A DNA stretch of 63,881 nucleotides, counting the filler, from Chiloscyllium plagiosum (Eukaryota): NCBI RefSeq assembly GCF_004010195.1. It is 5 parts of one record of this genome, joined end to end, with 100 filler letters (N's around TTAATTAATTAA, not from the genome) between each part and the next. Parts side by side here need not be neighbours in the genome. Positions count along the whole stretch, not along the records: positions 21,995 to 32,527 come from NC_057716.1; positions 32,628 to 56,780 come from NC_057716.1; 3 more parts are not named here. One strand, 5' to 3'. Made by a program: the position numbers and the translations under genes. The notes below the pieces were generated by a model. That model searched no databases. It had not been told where the DNA came from and worked only from the letters and a program-made list of their open reading frames with translations. Below are positions 25,001 through 37,000 of the stretch, piece after piece; within the stretch, counting starts at the first letter, position 1; each line of letters starts with the position of its first letter.

Positions 25001-28000
25001 CAAAGAGTACAATAGGTGAATGGGGGTGGGGATGGAGGTGATAGGTCAGAGGGGAGGGTGGAGTGAATAGATGGGAAGGGAGATTGGCCAGTAAGACCGC
25101 TCATGGGGACAGTGCTGAGCTGGAACTTCTCTCCATAGACACTGCAGACCTGCTGTTTCTCCAGGAATTTCTCTTTTTGTTTTAGATTTCCAACATCTGC
25201 AAATGTTTTATTTTACTGCCTTGTTCAATGTTGTGTCCAGGAGTATAACTAAAGTTAGAGGGCCAGTTGCTTTTCCTAATCTCCATCCATATTGTTAATA
25301 CTTCCTTACATCCTAAGCCAAGATCATTTCTCACTTATGTAACTTGACATCATACTTAATTATCAGGGCTACCTTCAGCTTGTTACATTCAGCTTGTCTT
25401 TTCAATGTTTATTTAGCAACCTCGGACACATTATAACCAGGTCTCTGTGATGGCAATTGGATCTGAAGCATTCATCTCATTTTGTGTTACTAGTTCATTT
25501 AGGGTATTGTGGATGTTACTTATTTTCTAACAATATGATGCTGGAGATCTGAAATGTGGCTCTTTAGAAGAATATTGAATTCTGTTTTTCTCTCTCCACA
25601 CGTGCTGACAGACCTGCTGAGTTGTTCCAGCATTTCTGCTTTTATTTCAGTCTCACTCTGTGCTGCACTGATCATGTTAAACTCTCTTCCTGTACCATTC
25701 AGCTTGACTTTATCTGCAATTTAATTGAATTTATTGTCACGTGTCCCGAGGCACAGTTAAAAGCTTTGTCTTGTGAGCAATACAGGCGGATCACAGAGTT
25801 AAGTCACATAGATAGTAAATAATAGGTAAACAGCAGCAAAAACAAAAACACAGATACAGGTGAATGTTAAGAGTTTGTGAGTCCATTCAGTATTCTAACA
25901 ACATTAGGGTAGAAAACGTTACGAAACCGGCTGGTGCGTGTGTTCAGGCTTCTGTACCTTCTCCCCGATGGTAGAGGTTGTAGAAAAACATTGCCAGGGT
26001 GGGATGGATCTTTGAGAATGCTGGCGGCCTTTCCTTGACAGTGGGCCTGGTAGGTGGATTCTATAGATGGGAGGTTGGCCTCTGTGATTGTCTGGGCCGA
26101 GTTCACCCCATCTCCGATCTTGAATGGTACAGTTACCATACCAGGTAGTGACACATCCAGACAAGACCACTTTACCTAAACTTTTACCTTTGTAAATCTT
26201 CTTTCACCCCTAAACCTCCTTCCCCTTAGTTAGTGTAAAGCTATTTTCCCTGACTTACTAGTTCACACCTACGTTTGTATGTTCTGTCCCTTTCTGTCTC
26301 CCTCAGGGTATTGTTACCCATGTCACTGCCTTGTACTATTGCCTTATCCTTTCTCTTTGACTTTCCAGATTTTCTCTCATGCACACCCTTCCAATCATTA
26401 ATTAATTTAAATTCGTCTCCACAGCTAGTTGTGAGATTTACCAGAATACTGGATGGCACGGTGACTCAGTGGTTAACACTGCTGCCTCACAGCACCAGGG
26501 ACCTGGCTTCAATTCCAGCGTCAGGTGACTATCTATGTGGCATTTGCACATTTTCCCTGTGTCTGTGTGGATTTCCTCCCACAGTCTAAAGATGTGCAGG
26601 TTAGGTAGGTTGGCCAAGCTAAATCACCCAATAATGTCCAGGGATGAGTAACCTAGGTGGATTAGCCTTGGGAAATGCAGGGAAAGGTTGGGTTCAATTC
26701 CACCCTCGGGCGACTGCCTGTGTGGAGTTTGCACATTCTCCCTGTGTCTGCGTGGAAATCCTCCCACAAACCAAAGATGTGCAGGTTAGGTGAATCAGCC
26801 ATGCTAAATTGCTCATAGTGTCCAGAGATGTGTAGGTTAGGTGCATTAGTCAGGGGTAAATGTAGAGTTATAGCGTAGGGGAGTAGATTTGGGTGGGATA
26901 CACCTCAGAGGGTCGGTGTGGACTTGTTGGGCTGAAGGGCCTGTTTCCACACTGTAGGGATTCTACCACTCTACTGGTCCTACTTTCATCTGTATTGGTA
27001 TCTGTGATGTTTTCTAACAAACAATTTCATCACTGTCAATAGATGTGGAGGTGGAAGAGCACAGCAGGTCAGGCAGCATCCGAGGAGCAGGAAAATCAAC
27101 GTTTCAGATCGAAACCTTATCACTTATATTCATCTGTCCACTCACACAAACATGAATACAGCTAGTGGTTGAAGTGAATACCAATATCCTGGGGGGAATG
27201 TTTCTGAATGCTCTTCGGGAGGGTTTAAACTAATTCAGCAGAGGGGTGGGAGCCTAAATTGTATTTCCAATGTCCAGGAGGTTGAGAGTAGTGAGGTCAG
27301 AAATAAGGTTTCAAGGTGGCAAGAAGGCATTGGTAAGCAGGAAGTTGGTTTTAAGTGTCTCTACTTCAATGCCAGGAGCATCCAAAATAAGGTGGGTGAA
27401 CTTGCAGCATGGGTTGGTACCTGGGACTTTGATGTTGTGGCCATTTCAGAGAAATGGATAGAGCAGGGACAGGAATGGTTGTTGCAGGTTCCAGGATTTA
27501 GATGTTTCAGTTAGAACAGAGAAGATGGTAAAAGAGGGGGAGGTGTGGCATTGTTGGTCAAGGACAGTATTACGGTGGCAGAAAGGACGTTTGAGGACTC
27601 ATCTACTGGGGTAGTGTGAACTGAGTTTAGAAACAGGAAAGGAGAGGTCACCCTGTTGGGAGTTTTCTATCGGCCTCCGAATTGTTCCAGGGCTGTAGAG
27701 GAAAGGATAGCAAAGATGATTCTCGACAGGAGCGAGAGTAAAAGGGCAAATGTTAAGGGAGACTTTAACTTTTCAAATATTGACTGGAAATACAATAGTT
27801 CGAGTACTTTAGATGGGTCAGTTTTTGTCCAATGTGTGCAGGAGGGTTTCCTGACACAGTATGTAGACAGGCCAACAAGGGACGAGGCCACTTTGGATTT
27901 GGTATTGGGTAATGAACCCAGTTAGGTGTTAAATTTGGAGGTAGGTGAGCACTTTGGTGATAGTGACCACAATTCAGTTATGTTTACTTTAGCGATGCAA

Positions 28001-31000
28001 AGGGATAGGTATATACACCAGAGGGCAAGAGCTGCAGCTGGGGAAAGGTGATTACGATGTGATTAGGCAAGATTTAGGATGCATAGGATGGGGAAGGAAA
28101 CTGCAGGAGATGGGCGCCATTGAAATGTGGAGATTATTCAAGGAATAGCTACTGCATGTCCTTGATAAGTATGTACCTGTCAGGCAGGGAGGAAATGGTC
28201 GAGCGAGAGAAGTTGAATCTCTTGTCATGAGGAAGAAGATGGCTTATGTTAGGATGAGACATGAAGGCTCAGTTAGGGTGCTTGAAAGTTACAAGTTAGC
28301 CAGGAAAGACCTAAAGAAAGAGCTAAGAAGAGCCAGGAGGGGACATGAGAAGTCATTGGCGGATAGGATCAGGATAAACCCTAATGCTTTCTATGGGTAT
28401 ATTAGGGATAAAAGCATGATTATAGTAAGGTTAGGGCCAGTCAAGGACAGTATGGAAAGTTGTGCATGGAGTTCAAGGAGATAAGAGAAGCGCTAAATGA
28501 ATATTTTTTCTCTGTATTCACATTGGAAAAAGATAATGTTGTCAAGGAGAATACTGAGGTACAGGCGACTAGACTAGGCAGGATTGAGGTTCACAAGGGC
28601 GAGGTGTTAATAATTCTGAAAAGTGTGAAAGTAGATAAGTCCCCTGGGCCAGATGGGATTTATCCTGGGATTCTCTGGGAAGCCAGGGAGGAGATTGCAG
28701 AGCCTTTGGCTTTGATCTTCATGTCATCATTGTCAACAGGCATAGTACTAGAACACTGGAGGATAGCAAATGTTGCCCCTTGATCAAGGAGAGTGGAGAC
28801 AACCCTGGTAATTGTAGACCAGTGAGCCTTACTTCAGTTGTGGGTAAAGTGTTGGAGAGGTTTACAAGAGATAGGATTTATAATCATCTAGAAAAGAATA
28901 AGTTGATTAGAGATAGTCAACACGGTTTGTGAAGGGTATGTCGTGCCTCACAAACCTTATTGAGTTCTTGAGAAGGTGACCAAACAGGTGGATGAGGGTA
29001 AAGCGGTTGATGTGGTGTATATGGACTTCAGTAAGGTGCTTGATAAGGTTCCCCACGGTAGGCTATTGTACAAATATAGAGGCATGGGATTGAGTGGTTT
29101 GGATCAGAAATTGGCGAGAAGACAGAGGTTGATAGTTAATGGGAAGTGTTCATCCTGGAGTTCAGTTCCTAGTGTGGAACCGCAAGGATCTGTTTTGGGG
29201 CCACTGCTGTTTGTCATTTTTATAAATGACCTGTATGAGGGCGTAGAAGGCTGGGTTAATAAATTTGCAGATGACATTAAGGTCAGTGGAGTTGAGGATA
29301 GTGCTGAAGGATGTTGTAGGTTACAGAGGGCCATAGATAAGCTGCAGAGCTGGGCTGAGAGGTGGCAAATGGAGTTTAATGTGGAAAAGTGTGAGGTGAT
29401 TCACTTTGGAAGGAGCGACAGGAATGCAGAGTATTGGGCTAATGGTAAGATTCTTGGTAGGGTAGATGAGCAGAGAGATCTCGGTGTCCATGTACATAGA
29501 TCCCTGAAAGTTGCCATCCAGGTTGATAAGATTGTTAAGAAAGCATATGGTGTGTTAGCTTTTATTGGTAGAGAGATTGAGTTTCGGAGCCAGGAGGTCG
29601 TATTGCAGCTGTACAAAACTCTGGTGCGGCCGCACTTGGAGTATTACGTACAGTTCTGGTCACCACATTGTAGGAAGGGTGGGGAAGCTTTGAAAAGGGC
29701 GCAGAGGAGATTTACTAGGATGTTGCTGGTATGGAGGGAAGGTCTTATGAGGAAAGGCTGAGGGACCTCAGGCTGTTTTTGTTAGAGAGAAGAAGGTTGA
29801 GAGGTGATTTAGTTGAGACATATAAAATAATCAGAGGGCCCAAGACAACCATATGGTGGACAGTGAGAACCATGTTTCCTCAGATAGTGATGGCGAGCAC
29901 GCGGGGACGTGGATTTAAGTTGAGGGTTGATAGATATAGGACAGATGTCAGAGATAGGTCTTTACTCAGAGAGTAGTAGAGGCATGGAATGCCCTGCCTG
30001 CAACTTTAGTAAACTCGCCAACTTTCAGGGCATTTCAATGGTTATTGGATAAACATATGGATGAGAATGGAATAGTGTAGGTTAGATGGGCTTCAGATTG
30101 GTTTCACAGGTCGGCGCAACATCGAGGGCCTGTACTGCGCTGCGCTGTAATGTTCTATATTCTATGAACTGAGGAGTGTGTGCTCGCTATTGGAGATGTT
30201 TCGAGACAAAAAAAATCTCCAGATGCTGGAATCCAAAGTAGACAAACAGGATGTTTGGAGAACAGAAGATGGTGGCTCAGTGGGTATGGAACTGGTCTGG
30301 CTTAGTCTAATACTGTACGGGGAATGGATTCAACTACTGCCATAGCAGCCGTTGGAATTTCAATTCCCCTAATATGTCTTGAGAGCTAATGATGATGACT
30401 GTATCAGCTATCATTGATTCATATTTAAAAAGATATAGAAAGGTGTAATTTCAGAGATTTAACACAGAACATTTCCTGCACTTATGAACTGTGCCTTTAT
30501 ATCCTGCATTGTGTATAAATCGACTTGCAAACAGAACTCCTTCACAACATGGGGACTCCCCTAGCTTACGCTTCAGGCTCACTGCCTTTATTCCTGATGA
30601 AGGGCTTTTGCCCGAAACGTCGATTTTGCTGCTCCCTGGATGCTGCCTGAACTGCTGTGCTCTTCCAGCACCACTAATCCACAACGTGGGGACTGCCTAT
30701 GTAATTTACTAATGTCCTTCAGTAACAGCAATCTGCCATCTCTTCCCTGGCCTGGCCTATAGGTGACTCCAGACTACAACAATGTGCTTGAATCCTGCCA
30801 CAGCTAGTGCTTCCAATTAAACTGTTGGACTATAACCTGGTGCTGTGTGATTTTTAACTGAATCCGACTGGATAAACTGAAAACGAAGAATTGTGGATGC
30901 TGGAAATCTGATACAAAAACAGATCTGTAGCAACTGGTAGTGGGAGAGGCTGTGGCCTAGTGGTATTATTGTGGGACTGTTAATCCAGAAACCCCCAGGT

Positions 31001-34000
31001 AAATGTTCTGGGGCCCCAGGTCCTGCCATGGCAGATGGTGTAATTTGAACTCAGTAAAATCTGGAAGTAAGAGTCTGATGATGACTGTGATTCCATTGTC
31101 GATTGTTAGAAAAACCCATCTGGGTCACTAGTGTCCTTTAGGGAAGGGAATCTGCCATCCTTACCCAGTCTGGTCTACATGTGACTCCAGACAATGTGTG
31201 GTTGACTCTTAACTGCCCCCTGGGCAATTAGGGATGGCTTAGCCAGTTACACCCTCATCTTGTGAGTGAATTAACAAAAAACATCTGTGCAGAGAAAAGT
31301 TCTGTTCTGAAGCAGGGATCACCGGACCCGAACTTGAACTCTGTCTCTCTCTCTCTCTCTCTCTCTCCCCACAGATGCTTCCAGAGTTTTTCCAGCAATT
31401 TCTGTTTCTGTTGTGGTTGACGCTTAACAGCCCCTGTCGACTAGTCATGAGGAAACTCAGCTCAAGGGCAATTAGGGATGGGCAATAAATGCTGGCCTTG
31501 CCCAGTGATGCCCACATTTCATGAAAGCAGAAGGAATATTTCTGATTGTGTCTTCTGCTTTTTTTCTCGCCAGCGAGGAAAGCTGTGGACAAGAAGATAG
31601 TGCAGATTCGAGAACTGATGGAGGCTGGGCACTCAGTGGAGGGGCAGTATCTGACCCACCTGCTGACCAGTGAGATGAACCAGTCTGAGATGTACAGCAG
31701 CCTTACTGAACTCCTTTTGGGTGGAGTGGACACGGTCAGTGATCATCAGAACATTTCGGTTGTTCCCTGGGAGTGGGCTGTGATGTGGAATCTCAGTGAA
31801 TGGTTGGAAATAGGATTGCATATGGAGTTAGTGAATGGACCCCTGTGCCCTCCACTGCTGGCCTCTTGCTCATCAATCCACCCCTGGTTGCTGTGCATTT
31901 ACCTGCTTCAGAATTGAGAAATCTCTCGTTCCTCTCCTCCTTCCGCATGGGGCACTAATAGCCGAATGAAATTATCTCAAGACCAGTAAACTGGAAATCC
32001 AGGTAATGTTCAGGGGAGCCGGGTTCAAATTCCACAAAGGCAGATGGTGGATCTAGAAGCAAATAAAAGGTCTAATGATGGCCTTGAATCCATTGTCAAT
32101 TGTAAACACCGATCGGGGACACTGATGTCCTTTCGGGAAGGAAACTGCCATCCTTACCTGGTCTGGCCTACATGTGACTCTAGACCCAGCAATGGGATTG
32201 ATTCCAAACTGCTCTCTGGGCAATAAATGCTGACCTAGTCAGTGATGCCCATATCCTGCGAACACATTTTTAAAAAAGCACTACTGTTGCTTATCCCAAA
32301 TGAGCTGGGCAGAGGTATAGAGACATAGAGTCATAGAGATGTACAGCATGGAAACAGACCCTTCAGTCCAACCCGTCCATGCCGACCAGATATCCCAACC
32401 CAATCTAGTCCCACCTGCCAGCACCCGGCCCATATCCCTCCAAACCCTTCCTATTCATATACCCATCCAAATGCCTCTTAAATACTGTAATTGTACCAGC
32501 CTCCACCACTTCCTCTGGCAGCTCATTNNNNNNNNNNNNNNNNNNNNNNNNNNNNNNNNNNNNNNNNNNNNTTAATTAATTAANNNNNNNNNNNNNNNNN
32601 NNNNNNNNNNNNNNNNNNNNNNNNNNNGGGATTTATCCACCTTTACCCATTTCAAGACATCCAGCACTTCCTCCTCTGTAATTTGGACATTTTGCAAGAT
32701 GTCACCATCTATTTCCCTACAGTCTATATCTTCCATATCCTTTTCCACAATAAATACTGATGCAAAATACTCATTTAGTATCTCCCCCATTTTCTGCGGC
32801 TCCACACAAAGGCCGCCTTGCTGATCTTTGAGGAGTCCAGTCTCCCCAATGTAGAAGAGAATGCATCGGGTGCAACGAATACAACAAATGATATTAGTGG
32901 ATGTGCAGGTAAAACTTTGATGGATGTGGAAAGCTCCTTTAGGGCCTTGGATAGAGGTGAGGGAGGAGGTGTGGGCGCAGGTTTTACAGTTCCTGCAGTG
33001 GCAGGGGAAGGTGCCAGGATGGGAGGGTGGGTTGTGGGGGGGCGTGGACCTGACCAGGTGGTCACAGAGGGAACAGTCTTTGCGGAAATGGGTGGTGGGG
33101 TCTGTTTGGAGGTGGCGGAAATGTCGGCGGATGGTGCGGTTTATGCGGAAGTTGGTCGGTTGGAAAGTGAGCACCAGGGGCGTTCTGTCCTTGTTATAGT
33201 TGGAGGGGTGGGGTTTGAGGACGGAGGTTGATTCAATACTTAATTAAGCAATTTTTGGTTAGGTGGCTGTTAAAGTTGACCCAAGTTATTATTTCTAGAA
33301 GCTTCTAAACTGCTGAGGTTACATTGACTTTACTCTATAAAGTTCCAAAGCCAGAATTTCACAATGAACCAAATAAGGAGAGATTGGAGCAGATGATGAG
33401 GAGGTAGATTTTATAAGATCGTCAGATAAAAGAGCAGGAGTAGGCCATTCAGCCCCTTGACCCTGCCCCAACTTTCAATAGGATCATGGCTGACCTGGCA
33501 TTCCTCATGCCATGATGTGGAGACGCCGGGGTTGGACTGAGGTGGACAAAGTTAAAAATCACACCACATCAGGTTACAGTCCAACAGGTTTAAACCTATT
33601 GGACTATAACCTGGTGTTGTGTGATGTTTAACTTTGTACTTTCCTCATGTCCACCTTCCTGTAACCCTTTATTCACCAGCCTGACAAAAACCACTTCCTC
33701 CACATCCAGTTGTAGAAGGAAGTTTGCAATCCGAATGTAACATTCAGTGTACCCTCAGTTCAAGAGTTAGGGACACTACCACTGCATTCCTGTTCCAACA
33801 TAACGTTTATTGGTGTTTGTTCAAATCCATGGAACCTCATGGCTTTATTCTCTTAGCAAGTCCCTGCATCTCACCTTTTTTGACTTAAAAATAAAGTTAC
33901 CTGATCCCTCAGAACAGTGGCTCAGTGGTTAGCAGTGCTGCCTCACAGCACCAGGGACCTGGCTTCAATTCGTTGGGTAACTTGTGTAGAGTTTGCATCT

Positions 34001-37000
34001 GTGTCCGTGTGCCTGTTTCCACACTGTAGGGATTCTGTGATATGATTCTAACCAAGTCAGAAGAGTATAAAGGAAGTAGGAGTATACTTAAGAGGGAAAT
34101 CAGGAGGGCAAAAAGGGGACATTAGATAGCTTTGGCAAATAGAATTAAGGAGAATCCGAAGAGTTTTTACAAAACATTAAGGACAAAAGGGAAACTAGGG
34201 AGAGAATAGGGCCCCCCAAAGACAGAACCCCACTGGTCCTCACCTACCACCCCACCAATCTCCATGTACAGCGCATCATCCGCCGTCATTTCCGCCACCT
34301 CCAAACGGACCCCACCACCAAGGATAAACTCCTCTATATTGGGGAGACAGGCCGGCTACTTGCGGAGTGTTTCAGAGAACACCTCTGGGACACCCGGATC
34401 AACCAACCCAACCACCCTGTAGCTCAACATTTCAATTCCCCCTCCCACTCCACCAAGGATATGCAGGTCTTTGGACTCCTCCATCGTCAGACCACAGCGA
34501 AACGACGGTTGGAGGAAGAACGCCTCATCTTCCGGCTAGGAACCCTCCAACCACAAGGGATGAACTCGGATTTCACCAGTTTCCTCATTTCCCCTCCCCC
34601 CAGCCTGTCTCAGTCAAATCCATCAAATTCAGCACCGCCTTCCTAACCTGCAATCTTCTTCCCGACCTCTCCGCCCCCACCCCAGTCTGACCTATCACCC
34701 TCACCTTGACTCTTTCCACCTATCACATTTCCGACGCCCCTCCCCCAAGTCCCTCCTCCCTACCTTTTATCTTAGCCTGCTGGACAAACTGTCCTCATTC
34801 CTGAAGAAGGGCTAATGCCCGAAACGTCGATTCTCCTGTTCCCTGGATGCTGCCTGACCTGCTGCGCTTTTCCAGCAAAACATTTCCATCTCTGATCTCC
34901 AGCATCTGCAGACCTCACTTTCTCCCCTCAAAGATCAGCAAGGCGGCCTTTGTGTGGAGCCGCAGAAAATGGGGGAGATACTAAATGAGTATTTTGCATC
35001 AGTATTTATCATGGAAAAGGATATGGAAGATATAGACCGTAGGGAAATAGATGGTGACATCTTGCAGATTACAGAGGAGGAAGTGCTGGATGTCTTGAAA
35101 TGGGTGAAGGTGGATAAATCCCCAGGACCTGATCAGGTGTACCAGAGAACCCCGTGGGAAGCTAGAGAAGTGATTACTGGGCCTCTTGCTGAGATATTTG
35201 TATCATTGAGATATTTGTATCATTGATAGTCACAGGTGAGGTGCCGGAAGACTGGAGGTTGGCAAATGTGGTGCGAGGCGGAAGATGAGGCGTATTTCCT
35301 CCAGGCATCTGGTGGTGAGGGAGCGGCAGTGAAGGAGGCTCAGAACCTCCATGTCCTCGGCAGAGTGGGAGGGGGATTAGAGATGGGCAATAAATACTGA
35401 TTCCATCCAGTCATTCCCAGATCCTATGAATGAATGATTAAAAATGTACCTGACCTGGAATTGACTGAATGAAAGCCTTTTATATTGCAGACAGCAAACA
35501 CACTGACCTGGGCCCTCTACTGCCTTGCCAAAAATCCAGAAGTTCAAGAGTGTGTCTTCAGGGAAATATGGAGCAGCTGTCCGGGAGAGCAGGTTCCAAC
35601 AGCTCAGGACTTCAGCAAAATGCCCCTGCTGAGAGCTGTCATCAAAGAGACATTGAGGTGAAAGAGGAATTTCTGAAGGTGTCATAATACAGGGAGGGTC
35701 TGTGTATCACAGAGTTAACACAGGAGATAAGAGCAGGCTTGAGCATGATCTTAAAGGACAAAGATGAAGCGGTGTAAAGGATTTGGGAGGAAATTTCAGT
35801 TTGCACTGGGTGGAACTAGCTCAGTTGGGAGAGTGTTGGACTGAAAATGTAAGGGTCCCTGGTCCAAAATCAGGTTCGGAGGTGCATTCCCAACAATTGT
35901 GCTAGCCAGGGTAAATGCAGAGTTATGGGGATAGGGTCAGGGGCCAAGTCTGGGTGTGATGGTCTTTGACAGGTCAGTGTGTACTCAATGGGCTGAATGG
36001 CCTCTTTCTGCGCTGTGGAGATTCTATGAGCGTAGAAACTATCCAGCTGAAAGGTCATCTGCTAATGAGGGATTGGGAGATTCACAAGAGGCCAGAATTG
36101 AAATGGTTTGAGACAGAGAAACGCAAAATCACAAGAGGATGCAAAACCAAGAACGTGAACCGTAATATCACAGCAGTACTGGCTGAGGAACCAATATAGG
36201 TCACTGGGAAGGGGAGGATGGTGCTGAGGTTCTAGGTAGGCTATGGACAGCAATGCACTGATTGAACTTAAGTTTACAGGGGGCGGCAGGGTGACTGAGT
36301 GGCCTACTTCCACACTGTAGGGATTTTCGGGTCTTACAGAGGATTGATGGCCAGGAAACAGTGAATTCTGGAGCTAACAATCCAGATGAGGGATTCAGCA
36401 CCATATGTAAGCGAGGCGATGGCCGAGTGGTATTATTGCTGGGGGCTGTTAATTTAGAGACAAGGAAATGTTCTGGGGGTCCAGGGTTCAAATCCTACCA
36501 CAGCAGATGGGGGAATTTGAATTTAATAAAAATCTGGAATTAAGAGTCTAATGTTGAATCCAATCCATCTGGTTAGGAAAGTAAACTGTTGTCCTTACCT
36601 GCTCTGGGCCTACGTATGAGCCCAGACCCATAGCAATGCGGTTGACACTTAACTAGGGATGGTCAATAAATACTGGCCTAGCCCACATCCAATGAATAAA
36701 ACAAAATGAAATCAAGAAGGGACATGCAAGGATGATATAGTCATAGAGCTGTCCAGCACAGAAACAGATCCTGCAGTCCAATGCATCCATGCTGACCAGT
36801 TATCCTAAATTAATCTAATCCCATTTGCCAGCACTTGGCCCCTATTCCTCTAAACCCTTCCTATTCAGGTACCCATCCAGATGCCTTTTAAATGCTGTAA
36901 TTGTACCAGCCTCCATCACTTCCTCTGGCAGCTCATTCCATATACGTACCACCCTCTGCGTGAAAACGTTGGCCCTATGGACTTCAGTAAGGCATTTGAC

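Noticed and set aside
28976..29761. 261-aa reverse transcriptase ORF as an active or domesticated RT gene
   Set aside because: It is a fragment of a CR1 ORF2 broken by frameshifts and stops on both sides.
35810..35882. Functional tRNA-Phe gene
   Set aside because: The B-box (GGTTCGA to GGTCCAA) and acceptor stem are disrupted, so it is called a pseudogene.
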